Assembly: GCA_046290225.1 (NCBI GenBank)
Contig: JBKAGE010000035.1
Location: 96,001-160,000 of the forward strand
Source: Bradymonadia bacterium
GTDB taxonomy: Bacteria > Myxococcota_A > Bradymonadia > UBA7976 > UBA1532
DNA length: 64,000 nt
Direction of reading: 5' to 3'
Under the pieces are notes generated by a model. It ran no database searches, had not been told where the DNA came from, and saw only the letters and a list, made by a program, of their open reading frames with translations. This document shows positions 1-11,572 of this stretch, piece by piece; position 1 is the stretch's first letter; each line of letters opens with the position of its first letter. The position numbers were made by a program, and so were the translations under genes.

Positions 1-294
1 TTTGACCTGGATGGCAATCGACGATCTGGAGCGACTGATATCGGTATCAAGGACACGTGAATCACTGCGCATTGAAGCCATGGACAAAAATTCATCGGCT
101 CCAACAAAGTCGCCCAACAGAGCCGGAAAAACGTCGTTCAGGCACCCTGCGGGGTCGCGGCAGTCACCATGAAGTTCACGAGCCCTCGTGTAGACGCCCA
201 GAAAAACCGCGATTTGTAACCGGAATGCAGCTCAACAAGGCCCCAACACAGCCGCTATACACGTCAGAAAAGCGTCATGCACGTGCCCCGCGGA

Positions 295-326
295 GCCGTT
301 ACGGCGGCTGGCGCCGCCGTAACGGC
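295..326. terminator. Perfect 14-bp stem hairpin just downstream of the iscA-like stop (terminator or RNA-stabilising hairpin)
   Basis: gccgttacggcggc-tggc-gccgccgtaacggc; no clear U-tract directly adjacent. Confidence 0.5.
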
Positions 327-330
327 GGAG

Positions 331-660
331 TTAGACGCTGAAGCTCTCGCCGCAGCCGCAGGTGCGCTTCACGTTCGGGTTGTTGAACTTGAAGCCAGCG
401 CCCGCGAGGGACTCCACGTAATCCACCTCGGTGCCCATGAGGTAGAGGAAGCTCTTCGAATCGACGAAGAGCTTCACCCCGTGACACTCCAGGTGACGAT
501 CGTTCTTCGCCGACTCCTCGGCGAACTCCAGGAAGTACTGGAAGCCAGAGCAGCCGCCACCACGGACACCGACCCGCAACCCCTCGGTGGGGTGGGGACG
601 CTTCTCGATCATCTCTTTGACCTTCACCGCAGCAGACTCTGTGAGCGTGATCATGATCAC
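331..660 (-). CDS. HesB/IscA/ErpA family Fe-S cluster assembly accessory protein
   Basis: ITLTESA, GVRGGGCSGFQY, C-terminal CGCGESF; GGAGG RBS upstream; start may be 654. Confidence 0.93.
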   Translation of the reverse strand: MIMITLTESAAVKVKEMIEKRPHPTEGLRVGVRGGGCSGFQYFLEFAEESAKNDRHLECHGVKLFVDSKSFLYLMGTEVDYVESLAGAGFKFNNPNVKRTCGCGESFSV

Positions 661-691
661 GACCTCCGTAATCGAAATATGAAGACCCCAA

Positions 692-721
692 ATGATAGCG
701 CCGCCCCTGTGCGAGAGGCAA
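692..721 (-). promoter_or_regulatory. Candidate sigma70 promoter for the iscA-like gene
   Basis: Minus strand TTGCCT-N18-TATCAT about 30 nt upstream of the start. Confidence 0.35.
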
Positions 722-809
722 CGGCCGCGGGTCGTGCTCGATTGAGATGCAGGGTGAAAGGCGGGCGTTTCGGGTAGGGTCGATTTGGCAGGAGACCAAG
801 CGGACCGGC

Positions 810-1183
810 TCAGGTGGGTGGGCCCACCCGAGGTGGGGGCAGCGTGGCGCGCTCATCCTCGGAGAGCACCCGCGAGCGGGTGATGAAGCGCATACCTGTG
901 GGCGCCTCGAGGGAGAACCCCGCCCCTCTGCCAGGCACCGCGTCCAGGATCAGGCGCGTGTGGGCCCAACGTTCATATTGCTGACCACCGATGTAGACCT
1001 CACAGCCCGCCACCTCACCCAAGCAGACATCGCGTTGGCCGATCTTGAACTCACCCACGAGGTAACACATCGGCGCGCTGCCATCACAGCAGCCCCCTGA
1101 TTGGTGGAACATCAACGGTCCGTGCATCGCGCGGAGCTCTTCGATCAGCGCGATCGCAGCCTCTGTCGCCGTCACCCGGGGCA

Positions 1184-1187
<4 letters not shown>
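810..1187 (-). CDS. DUF779 family protein (aldehyde dehydrogenase-associated)
   Basis: [21 protein letters not shown] and [11 protein letters not shown] motifs; overlaps the ALDH stop. Confidence 0.88.
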
Positions 1188-2704
<1,517 letters not shown>

Positions 2705-2811
2705 GCCGAAACTCCTGGCAAATGTGGATACACGTCGCCCACGGTGAGCATCAGAACGCATCGACAATCGGGGTGTCGTTTCGACCTCAAGCGGCGGGCA
2801 CCTGGCCTCAG

Positions 2812-2828
2812 AGCAACCGGCGTACCAA
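2812..2828 (-). promoter_or_regulatory. sigma54 (-24/-12) promoter of the aldehyde dehydrogenase operon
   Basis: Minus strand TTGGTACGCCGGTTGCT (GG-N10-GC) about 110 nt upstream of the ATG; palindrome cgcgaca-ca-tgtcgcg at 2890-2905 is a candidate enhancer site. Confidence 0.7.
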
Positions 2829-3008
2829 CTTCACAACACTGTAAAATGTGGCTTTACCTTCTTTTACACACGCAACACCTGACTGAATGCGCGACACATG
2901 TCGCGAATCGAACCAGGCCCACTGCCTGTGCCTTGCCGCGCCAGCCCTTGACGGCTCAAGTGCGCTGGGCTACCTCAACCCACCGCCCATCTGGACCGAG
3001 AGAGTGTC

Positions 3009-3437
3009 ATGACATCGCTCAAGACCATATCTGTGGTGTGCTTCGCCGTTTTTTGCCTCACCGCCTTCGCCTGTAACAAGAAGGGCGAAGACGCACAGCC
3101 TGCAGCAGACAACAGCCAGACCAAGGGTCAAGTCACCCTCACCATCGAGGGGCCTGACGGCAAGGTGAAGACCCTGCCCGCTCAGGCATGGTCCGCAGGG
3201 CTCACGGTCCAGGGGCTGCTCGACGCCCACAAGATCAAATATGACGCCTCGGGCAGTGGCGAAACCGCCCTGCTCACCGCCCTCGACGGCGTCTCAAACG
3301 AGGGTGGGCAAGGCAAGAGCTGGCTGTTCTGGGTGAACGACAGCTTCGCCGACAAGAGCTTTGGGGCATACACTCTCAAGGCCGGCGATGTGGTGAAGTG
3401 GAAATTCGCCCTCTACGCCGAAGGCAAAAAAGACTAA
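3009..3437 (+). CDS. Lipoprotein with DUF4430 (transcobalamin C-terminal-like) domain
   Basis: Lipobox AFAC; WLFWVNDSFADKSFGAYTLKAGDVVKWKF. Confidence 0.75.
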   Translation: MTSLKTISVVCFAVFCLTAFACNKKGEDAQPAADNSQTKGQVTLTIEGPDGKVKTLPAQAWSAGLTVQGLLDAHKIKYDASGSGETALLTALDGVSNEGGQGKSWLFWVNDSFADKSFGAYTLKAGDVVKWKFALYAEGKKD

Positions 3438-3486
3438 CGTGTCTGGCCAACATAATCTGTCGCCCTGAATCGACTCGAGGTCCTCG

Positions 3487-4014
3487 ATGATGAACCGCAA
3501 CATCGTCCGTTATGGCGTACCTGTCGCCCTCGTCGCCCTGTGCGCCGTGGCGCGGCTGCTGCCCCACCTGCCCAACTTCACCCCCATCGCCGCCGCTGCG
3601 CTCTTCGCGGCGTACTTCACCGGCCGGCGCACAGTGGGTGCCCTGGTGGCCCTGGGCGCCATGCTCGTGAGCGACGCCTTCGTGGGCAGCTACAGCACGC
3701 CGATGATGATCACGGTCTATGGCGCCCTCGCCCTGCCCGCCCTTGTGGGCCCCGCGCTCCGCGGCAAGGCCAGCGCCCTCACCGTGGGTGCCAGCGCCAT
3801 CGGCGCCGGCCTGGGCTTCTTCGCCCTCACCAACCTCGCGGTGTGGGCCTTCAGCGGCATGTACCCTCAGACCATTGAGGGTCTCGGCGCCTGCTACCTG
3901 TCGGCGCTGCCCTTCCTCAAGTACACCCTCGCCGGCAACGTGGTCTGGGCCGGGGCCTTCTTCGGCCTGCACGCCCTCGCCACCCGCCAGCTCCCCGCCC
4001 TGCAGCGCGCCTGA
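3487..4014 (+). CDS. DUF6580-like membrane protein, ECF S-component-like putative vitamin transporter
   Basis: RLLPHLPNFTPIAAAALF, FFALTNLAVW, CYLSALPF; 5-6 hydrophobic segments. Confidence 0.72.
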   Translation: MMNRNIVRYGVPVALVALCAVARLLPHLPNFTPIAAAALFAAYFTGRRTVGALVALGAMLVSDAFVGSYSTPMMITVYGALALPALVGPALRGKASALTVGASAIGAGLGFFALTNLAVWAFSGMYPQTIEGLGACYLSALPFLKYTLAGNVVWAGAFFGLHALATRQLPALQRA

Positions 4015-4044
4015 GAGATCAGGCCCCCTGAAGCCGCCACGTCG

Positions 4045-5265
4045 TCAGTCGCGCCAGCGGTGCACCACCAATCCCGTCCTCAACTTGGGCTCGAACCATG
4101 TCGACTTCGGCGGCATGATCTCGCCAGCGTCGGCGATGCGCATCAGCTCGCCCAGTGAGGTGGGATAGAGCGCAAAAGCCACCGCCTTCTGCCCCTTCAC
4201 CGCTGACTCCAGAGACGCGAGCCCCCGGATACCACCGACAAAGCTGATGCGGGTGTTGGTGCGTGGATCGTCGATGCCCAGGAGCGGCTCGAGGATGTGA
4301 TCCTGCAGCACGCTCACGTCGAGAGAAGCCACCGGATCAGACTCGTCGATGAGCTGATCGGGCTTCGATGGGCGCACCGAATACCAATCACCACCGAGAC
4401 ACATCGAGAACACGTGACGCGCAGAGGGCGCCTCAGCCTGGCCGAGGGGCGTCACGAGGAAGTTGCCGGTCTCGAGCAGCACCGACAAGAAGTGCTCGTG
4501 ACCGTTGAGATCAGCCACCACCCGGTTGTAGTCGAGGATCTGCAGCTGATCGTCGGGGAACAACACCGTGAGGAACCACTCTGCAGCGGTGCCGGGGTGA
4601 GCGCGGCCCAGGCGGCCTGCAGCGGCGGTCCGATGGTGGCCGTCGGCGACATAGAACGCAGGCACCTGATTGAAGGCCCGGCCCAGGGCCGCCACCGCCT
4701 CGTCTTCAAAAACCGGCCAGAGCGTGTGGCGCACATCGTCTTCAGCGACGTAATCCACCGATGGCGCCGTGGCCACGATCTCGCTGATGAGGGCGTCGAC
4801 CTCTTCTGACTTGGGGTAGGCGAGGAACACCGGCCCGAGGTGAGCGCCCACAGCCTCGATGTGGCGCATGCGATCATCTTCTTTGTCGGGACGTGTGTGC
4901 TCATGCTTCTTGATGCGCCCTGCCCAGTAGTCTTCGGTGTGGGCCAGACACACGAGGCCCACCTGGTGATGATCCCCCATCGTCTGGGCATAGAGATAGA
5001 AACCAGGCGCGTCATCTTGCACCAGGGCCCCGTCGGCGATGAGCCCTTCAAATGCGCTCTGGGCCTGGGCATAGGCCTCTGTGCCGTGGGCGTCGATCTC
5101 TGCCGGCAGATCGATCTCGGGGCGGATCACGTGCAGCATGCTGTGGGGCTTGCCCTCAGCGAGGGTGCGGGCCTCCTCTGTGTTCACCACATCGTAGGGT
5201 ACCGAGGCCACCTCGTGGGCCCTGGCGTCTGGGGGTCTCCACCCCTTGAAGGGCTTGATGCGCAT
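4045..5265 (-). CDS. DUF1015 family protein
   Basis: PYDV, IKKHEHTRPDKEDDR, YVADGHHR, MPPKSTWFEPKLRTGL. Confidence 0.9.
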   Translation of the reverse strand: MRIKPFKGWRPPDARAHEVASVPYDVVNTEEARTLAEGKPHSMLHVIRPEIDLPAEIDAHGTEAYAQAQSAFEGLIADGALVQDDAPGFYLYAQTMGDHHQVGLVCLAHTEDYWAGRIKKHEHTRPDKEDDRMRHIEAVGAHLGPVFLAYPKSEEVDALISEIVATAPSVDYVAEDDVRHTLWPVFEDEAVAALGRAFNQVPAFYVADGHHRTAAAGRLGRAHPGTAAEWFLTVLFPDDQLQILDYNRVVADLNGHEHFLSVLLETGNFLVTPLGQAEAPSARHVFSMCLGGDWYSVRPSKPDQLIDESDPVASLDVSVLQDHILEPLLGIDDPRTNTRISFVGGIRGLASLESAVKGQKAVAFALYPTSLGELMRIADAGEIMPPKSTWFEPKLRTGLVVHRWRD

Positions 5266-5488
5266 GTCTTCTCTCCGTGCGGTGTGAGCGGAGCCTCAGG
5301 GCCCACGGTCACAGTCATCTCTTTCCCGTTTCTGTCTGCGCCCTTTTTCCGCGCGATTCAAGAGAGGTGGCTGAGTTCCATGATTTCGGAGAAAAGAGCT
5401 ACACAGCGCGCGCTCGATCCCACTCCGGAGTGGGCATGTATGGCCAAGAACGCTAGAGTACGTGCGTCCTTTGTCTACAGGTGTCGCC

Positions 5489-6022
5489 ATGTCTGAGTTT
5501 GCCAAGCCAGATCGTACAGTCCAGCACCAAGTGGCCGATGATGGCCACAGCGCCAGCCCCACTGTGCAGATGTCCGAGGGCACCTCTGCAGCGGTGGCTC
5601 AGAGCAAGGCGGTCATCCAAGCCATGGAGAAGGGCAGTGGTGGCAGCGGCAACATTCAGCTCGAGGCCATGACTGGGGGTATGGGTGAAGATCCTCAACA
5701 GATGGCCAACATCCTCCTCGGCAAGCTCCATGGCCTGCTCGGCCAGGCGAAGGCCAGCCAGAGTGAGGACAAAGGCACACAGGGCCTCGGCGGCGACGGG
5801 ATGGCCATGAGCGACTCCAAGGGTCTGGAGGGTGTCGGCAGCGCCATCGCCGGTGCCATGAATGACGCCATGGAGGCCGGCAGCGCCGCTGCTGCAGGTT
5901 TCGACATTCAGAAGCTCGAAGACACCATCTTGGAGATTCAGACCCTCAAACAGTCTGGCGACGATGACGCCCTCGCTGAGGCCACCATGAACATCATGTA
6001 TGCCTTCGACGGCTCTGTCTGA
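5489..6022 (+). CDS. Hypothetical Gly/Ala/Met-rich acidic protein
   Basis: Open frame with host-like codon use from ATG 5489; no recognisable motif. Confidence 0.6.
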   Translation: MSEFAKPDRTVQHQVADDGHSASPTVQMSEGTSAAVAQSKAVIQAMEKGSGGSGNIQLEAMTGGMGEDPQQMANILLGKLHGLLGQAKASQSEDKGTQGLGGDGMAMSDSKGLEGVGSAIAGAMNDAMEAGSAAAAGFDIQKLEDTILEIQTLKQSGDDDALAEATMNIMYAFDGSV

Positions 6023-6058
6023 TCGCACCTACCCTCGCCCGTTCACTGGGAGCCCGCC

Positions 6059-6439
6059 ATGGGGTTCGTCGCAGCAGGGGCCCTGGCCCTTGCCCTCGGT
6101 GTCGCTGCAGGTGCCTTTGGCGCCCACGGCCTGAAAAACACCCTCTCTGCAGATTTGCTGGCCATCTGGGAAACCGGTGCCCGGTATCACCTCGTGCACG
6201 GCCTGGGTTTGGTGCTCGTGGGTATACTGGCGCCCCAACTGGGTCGCAGCGTACGCGTCGTTGGCTGGCTGCTCGTCGCGGGCATCGTCTTCTTCTCCGG
6301 CAGTCTCTATCTGTTGGCGCTCACAGACACACGATGGCTCGGCGCCGTCACCCCCATCGGCGGCACCGCCTGGATCGCCGCCTGGATCACCCTTGCAGTG
6401 GGCGCCCTCAAGGCGAGATCGTCCGTGTCTGGATCTTGA
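6059..6439 (+). CDS. DUF423 (YgdD/TMEM256) membrane protein
   Basis: GAFGAHGL, WETGARYHLVH, FSGSLY, TPIGG. Confidence 0.9.
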   Translation: MGFVAAGALALALGVAAGAFGAHGLKNTLSADLLAIWETGARYHLVHGLGLVLVGILAPQLGRSVRVVGWLLVAGIVFFSGSLYLLALTDTRWLGAVTPIGGTAWIAAWITLAVGALKARSSVSGS

Positions 6440-6468
6440 AACTCCGACTTTCCGCCCGCTCTGATCTG

Positions 6469-7941
6469 ATGCCTGTGTCGAAACCACACCTCTTTCTCAC
6501 CTTCCTCCTCTTCTTTTTTGTAGGCTGCTCTGGCAGAACGCACCGAGATTCAGCCCTTTCAGAGGTTCACATGCTCGAAGCCCTCAATCGCGACGGGGAG
6601 CAGATCCGCGCAGTGCGCACCCACCGGTACAACGACGCCCTGGTGGTGGAGCAATACGCCCTGAGCAACGGCCTCACCGTGCTCTACCTGCACGATCCCC
6701 AGGCGCCGATCTTCAGCTATCAAACCTGGTTTCGGGTGGGCAGTGGCCACGAGCGCCCCGGCAAGACCGGCATGGCGCACCTGTTCGAGCACCTGATGTT
6801 CAAGGGCACCGAGAAGCACCCTGAAGGGGTCTTCGATCGCACCCTCGAAGAGATCGGCGCCCGGAACAACGCCGCCACATGGCTCGACTGGACCTTCTAT
6901 TACGAAGATGTGCCTGCGGCCCACCTTGAGACGGTGATCGCCCTCGAGGCAGATCGACTGGAGAACATGCGTCTCGAGTCGGACCAGCTCGAGTCGGAGC
7001 GCGAGGTGGTCATCAACGAGCGCCTCGAGCGCACCGACAATGATCCCGACGGCAAGCTGAGCGAGGTGCTTTGGAAGACGGCGTACACCGTTCACCCCTA
7101 TCAGCACCCCACCATCGGCTGGATGGACGACATCAAGGGCATCACCCTCGAAGACTGCCTGACCTTCCACAAGACCTACTACGCGCCGAACAACGCGGTG
7201 CTGGTGGTGGTGGGCGATGTCGATCGCGCCACCCTGTTCGGCCACTTGGTGAAGTACTACGGCCACCTGGAGTCGGCGGAGATCCCGGCCCTCGAGGCCA
7301 GAGCCGAGCCTGCTCAGACCGAGGTGCGCCGAGCCGAGGTGACACTCGAACTCAGTGCCGACAAGCTGCTCATGGGCTATCACGCGCCGGCCATCACCGA
7401 TGACGCGTACCCCGCCCTCGAGGTGATCAACGAGATCTTGAGCGAGGGCGACTCGGCTCGTCTGCAGCGGGCGTTGATCACCGACGGTGAGCTGGCGGTG
7501 GGCTTCGGCGCCTTCGTGCCACCTTTCCGAGATCCTGGCCTCTTCGAGATCAGCGTCGATATGCGCCCGGGCCACACCGCCGAAGAAGGTGAGGCCGTGG
7601 TGCTCGCCGAGCTCGCCCGCATCTCCACGGAAGGCATCACCCCTCAGGAGCTGTCGAAGGCCCTGAACAAGCTGGAGACGCGCTTCTACCTGCAGCTGCG
7701 CACAGCACAGCAGAAAGCCAACGGCCTGGGGTTCTGGGAGACCACCGCCGGTGACTTCACGGGGCTGTTTACTGCAGGCGAGCGCTATCAGAAGGTCACC
7801 GCCGCCGAGGTGCAGGCCCTGGCCCAGCGCATCTTCCGCCCCGAAGGGCGCACGGTGATCATCGGCCGGGCACCCAAAGATGATCCCGAAGCAGCCCGTG
7901 AGCCCGAGGCGGCTCAGCCTGTAGAGGGCGAAGGGCAGTGA
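6469..7941 (+). CDS. M16 (pitrilysin/insulinase) zinc peptidase, catalytic subunit
   Basis: HxxEH motif in GMAHLFEHLMFKGT; start 6469 (lipoprotein-like FFVGC) or 6571. Confidence 0.9.
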   Translation: MPVSKPHLFLTFLLFFFVGCSGRTHRDSALSEVHMLEALNRDGEQIRAVRTHRYNDALVVEQYALSNGLTVLYLHDPQAPIFSYQTWFRVGSGHERPGKTGMAHLFEHLMFKGTEKHPEGVFDRTLEEIGARNNAATWLDWTFYYEDVPAAHLETVIALEADRLENMRLESDQLESEREVVINERLERTDNDPDGKLSEVLWKTAYTVHPYQHPTIGWMDDIKGITLEDCLTFHKTYYAPNNAVLVVVGDVDRATLFGHLVKYYGHLESAEIPALEARAEPAQTEVRRAEVTLELSADKLLMGYHAPAITDDAYPALEVINEILSEGDSARLQRALITDGELAVGFGAFVPPFRDPGLFEISVDMRPGHTAEEGEAVVLAELARISTEGITPQELSKALNKLETRFYLQLRTAQQKANGLGFWETTAGDFTGLFTAGERYQKVTAAEVQALAQRIFRPEGRTVIIGRAPKDDPEAAREPEAAQPVEGEGQ

Positions 7942-9332
7942 CCGGCCGGCGCTGGGGGCACGCCCCCGCCAGCCTGCTCCTGGCTGCCTGCCTGCTCCTG
8001 CCCATTGGGCTCGATGCGGCGCCGACAGCCACCGATTGGACGACGAAACGAGAGATACCCGTGATTCTGGTCGAGCACCGCGCCTTCCCCCTGGTCAACC
8101 TCAACCTCTACTTCCGCGTGGGCCCCGCCCTCGATCCGCCAGGGAAGTCGGGGCTCACCACGCTCACGCTTCGCGCCCTGCTCCGAGGCACGTCGACCCA
8201 TGGCCGCGCTGAGCTCGAAGAGGCCTTCGAATCGCTGGGCACCGAGGTCTTCACCACCCCCATGAGCCACACAGTGAGCATCGGCGGCGCCGTGCTCACC
8301 CGGAACCTCGAGCCTTTTGTCGACCTGCTCGCCCAGGTGGTCACCGAGCCGGCCTTCGATGCAGGTGAGATCGAGAAGGTCAAACGGGAGATGCTCGCGG
8401 AGATCGAGGCCCGCCGAAACGAAGACGGCCGCCTCGTGGGCCAGTGGTTCCGCCGGCTGGTCTTCGAAGGGCACCCCATGGGCAACACCGCTGGGGGCAA
8501 GACCGCTGATCTCGAAGGCATCACCCGAGAAGATGTGGTGGCCCACCACAAGGCCTTCTTCTCGAAGGCCAACCTGCTCGTGGGCGCCAGCGGTGATGTG
8601 GCCCAGTCTCAACTCGAGGCCCTGTTGGATGCCCGCCTCGGCGGGCTGCCCACCGGCGAGACCGCAAACTGGTCCATGGCCGAAGTCCCTGCGCTCACCG
8701 ATCGTCGGGCGGCCCTCATCGACAAGCCCGGTCGCTCTCAGGCTCAGATCTACATGGGCCACCCCGCGGTCTCCGCCTCTGATCCGGACTACCTCGCGCT
8801 GTACCTGGCCAACACGGCCTTTGGCGGCACCTTCACCAGCAGGCTGATGAAGGAGATCAGAGTGGAGCGCGGCTGGAGCTACGGCGCCTACGCCCGCCTC
8901 GGGGTGGAGATCAGCGGGGGCTACTTCGGCATGACTGCTGCCCCGAAGATGGAGTACGCCGAGCGCACGATGCAGCTCATGATCGACGAGTTCACCCGCT
9001 TCGTGGACGAGGGCCTCGACGACGAGGAGATCGAGTTCGCCCGGGGCTACCTCATCAACGCCTACCCCTTCTCGGTGGAGACGCCACAGCAGCAAATGGC
9101 CCAGCGGGTGCATGCCCGCCTGCTCGGCCGCCCCGATGATTACGTCGACACCTACCTGAAGACCCTCGAGACTCTGACCCCGGATCAAGTCCGCGACGCC
9201 GTGCGCCGCCGACTGAGCCCGAAGCACCTCGTGATGGTCATGGTGTGCACCGCACCGGAGATCCGTGATCGTGTCGCAGATCTCCCAGGGGTGGATCGGG
9301 TGACGTTGCACCCCTATAACGCTGAGCAATGA
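7938..9332 (+). CDS. M16 peptidase family, non-catalytic partner subunit
   Basis: DPPGKSGL...LLRGT without HxxEH; GGTFTSRLMKEIRVERGWSYG; 4-bp overlap with the upstream gene. Confidence 0.87.
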   Translation: MTGRRWGHAPASLLLAACLLLPIGLDAAPTATDWTTKREIPVILVEHRAFPLVNLNLYFRVGPALDPPGKSGLTTLTLRALLRGTSTHGRAELEEAFESLGTEVFTTPMSHTVSIGGAVLTRNLEPFVDLLAQVVTEPAFDAGEIEKVKREMLAEIEARRNEDGRLVGQWFRRLVFEGHPMGNTAGGKTADLEGITREDVVAHHKAFFSKANLLVGASGDVAQSQLEALLDARLGGLPTGETANWSMAEVPALTDRRAALIDKPGRSQAQIYMGHPAVSASDPDYLALYLANTAFGGTFTSRLMKEIRVERGWSYGAYARLGVEISGGYFGMTAAPKMEYAERTMQLMIDEFTRFVDEGLDDEEIEFARGYLINAYPFSVETPQQQMAQRVHARLLGRPDDYVDTYLKTLETLTPDQVRDAVRRRLSPKHLVMVMVCTAPEIRDRVADLPGVDRVTLHPYNAEQ

Positions 9333-9376
9333 CCGCTCTTTCGAACCACAGACCTGATCTTCGAGCCTGAACCCTG

Positions 9377-11527
9377 GTGAACCGCGCCCCCGATACCGCC
9401 TCCCCGGCGGCCCTGGTGTTCCTGCCCCTGGCAGGGGCGATCTTTCTCGGGGCGTGCCTGGTCTTCATCGTGCAGCCGATGTTGGGCCGGTTCATCCTGC
9501 CCTGGTTCGGGGGCAGCCCTGCGGTCTGGACGGCCTGCATGCTGTTCTTCCAGGTGCTGCTCCTCGGCGGTTACGCCTACGCCTATGGCCTCGCGCGCTT
9601 CGCCAATCTGAAACGCCAGGCACTGATTCACCTGGGGGTGCTGCTCCTCTCTTTGGTGGTGCTGCCCATCACCCCCGAGGCCCCCACGGGGGCCGAGATC
9701 ACCCACGAAGGGCCCCAGGTCACGCGCATCTTGATGTTGTTGGCGGTGAGCGTGGGCCTGCCCTACTTCACGTTGTCAACGACCTCGCCACTGCTCCAGA
9801 GCTGGGCCGCGGCCCTGATGGTGGCGCACCGCTCCGGTCGCTCGCCCTATCGCCTCTACGCCCTGGCCAATGCCGGCTCGCTGCTGGCCCTGCTGGGCTA
9901 CCCTGTGGTGGTGGAGCCTGCCCTCGGCGCCGTGGCCCAGACTCACGTGTGGTCCGTGGCCTACGGTGCCTTCGTGCTTCTCGCCGGGGGCACGGCAATT
10001 CAGGTGATGCGGGGGGCGGCGAGTGAAGGCACTCGGGTCTCGCTGAGCAGCGTGGAGCGCGGCCCTCGGGCCCCTCGAGGCGATCGCCTGCTCTGGGTGG
10101 CCCTCACGGCGGTGGCCTCGGCTTTGTTGCTGGCCACCACCCACGCCATCAGCCAGGACATCGGGGTCTCGTCCTCGCTCTGGGTCTGGCCCCTGGTCCT
10201 TTATCTGGCCACCTTCATCTTGTGCTTCGGCGACGAGCGCTGGGCAGATCGCCGTATCTGGGGCCCGGCGCTCGTGGTGTCCTTCGTGGCCCTGGCATAT
10301 GTGCTCGACCAGGGCCACCGGGTCGACGCCATGGTGCAGATCGTCGTGCACTGCCTGGCCCTCTTCGCCGCCTGCATGGTGTGTCATGGCGAGGTGGTCC
10401 GCCTGAAGCCAGGGCCCGGCCGCCTCACGGGCTTCTACATGGCCACGGCCATCGGCGGTGCCCTCGGCGGGGTCTTCGTGGGCCTCGTCGCCCCACAAGT
10501 GTTCACGGTCTACATCGAGCAGCCCTTGTGCCTGGTCACAGTGGTGGCGCTCTACGCCTGGGTGCTCTGGCGAGATCCGAAGTCGTGGATGCACGGCGGC
10601 CGCTTGCGAGATCCGGCTTTCGAGATGCAGCGCGGCCGGCTGCGCGGGGTCTGGCTGACCTTCGCAGTGGGCACCCTGGCCCTCACGGTATCGCTGGGCT
10701 GGACCCTCTCCCGCCGCTTTCGGGGCGCCGACTTCATGAGCCGCAGCTTCTTCGGCACGTTGCAGGTGAAGCAATACGGCGAGGGCTCGAACCGCATCGT
10801 CAACCTGCTCGACGGCCGCATCAGCCACGGCTACCAGTTCACCGATCCGGCGAAGCGCAAGCAGCCCACAGCCTACTTCATCCCCAAGAGCGGCATCGGC
10901 CTCGCTCTGCGATACGGCCCCGAGGTGACGCCAGGGGCTGGCGGTCGCCGCATCGGCATCCTGGGCCTCGGCGTGGGCACCCTCGCCGCCTATGGCCGCG
11001 AGGGGGATCGCATCACGTTCTACGAGATCAACCCCGACGTGGTGCAGGTGGCCCGCAGCCACTTCCACTACCTCAGCGACAGCGCCGCCGCCGTCGACGT
11101 GGCCCTCGGTGACGGCCGCCTGCTGCTCGAGCATCAGGATCCCCAGCTGTTCGATGTGCTCGCCCTCGATGCCTTCAGCGGCGACGCGATCCCCACGCAT
11201 CTGATGACCCGAGAGGCCTTCGCGGTCTACCACCGCCACCTCGCCCCCAACGGGGTGCTGGCGGTGAACATCAGCAACAACCACGTCGACATGACCGCCC
11301 TGGTGGCGGCCCTGGCCAAAGAGATGGGCTGGAAGGCCCTCGGCGCCACAGCTCGAGATCAGGGCTCCCCCTTGGGCAAGCTGACCAGCGACTGGATGTT
11401 GTTGAGCCGCAACGACGACTTTTTGTCGTGGGCCGAGTCTGAGGGTCAGACGTCGCGCATCACCGCGCCGGCGAAACTACAGCTCTGGACCGATGATTAC
11501 GCGCCGGTGCTCTCTGCCCTGGAATAG
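9377..11527 (+). CDS. Fused MFS-like membrane / spermidine synthase-like SAM-dependent domain protein
   Basis: LPWFGGSPAVWTACMLFFQ membrane region; GLGVGT, YEINP, GDGR, DAFSGDAIPTHL. Confidence 0.85.
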   Translation: MNRAPDTASPAALVFLPLAGAIFLGACLVFIVQPMLGRFILPWFGGSPAVWTACMLFFQVLLLGGYAYAYGLARFANLKRQALIHLGVLLLSLVVLPITPEAPTGAEITHEGPQVTRILMLLAVSVGLPYFTLSTTSPLLQSWAAALMVAHRSGRSPYRLYALANAGSLLALLGYPVVVEPALGAVAQTHVWSVAYGAFVLLAGGTAIQVMRGAASEGTRVSLSSVERGPRAPRGDRLLWVALTAVASALLLATTHAISQDIGVSSSLWVWPLVLYLATFILCFGDERWADRRIWGPALVVSFVALAYVLDQGHRVDAMVQIVVHCLALFAACMVCHGEVVRLKPGPGRLTGFYMATAIGGALGGVFVGLVAPQVFTVYIEQPLCLVTVVALYAWVLWRDPKSWMHGGRLRDPAFEMQRGRLRGVWLTFAVGTLALTVSLGWTLSRRFRGADFMSRSFFGTLQVKQYGEGSNRIVNLLDGRISHGYQFTDPAKRKQPTAYFIPKSGIGLALRYGPEVTPGAGGRRIGILGLGVGTLAAYGREGDRITFYEINPDVVQVARSHFHYLSDSAAAVDVALGDGRLLLEHQDPQLFDVLALDAFSGDAIPTHLMTREAFAVYHRHLAPNGVLAVNISNNHVDMTALVAALAKEMGWKALGATARDQGSPLGKLTSDWMLLSRNDDFLSWAESEGQTSRITAPAKLQLWTDDYAPVLSALE

Positions 11528-11572
11528 CAGGGCCCTGGATCATCAGGCGATACACCCAACAAAGGAGATCTC

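Noticed and set aside
2770..3008. Cobalamin riboswitch upstream of the DUF4430 gene
   Set aside because: No recognisable B12-box architecture; the region is better explained by the divergent sigma54 promoter
5489..6022. Possible contractile-injection-system effector based on VQ/IQ motifs
   Set aside because: No DUF4157 HExxH core and no injection-system genes nearby; the evidence is too weak
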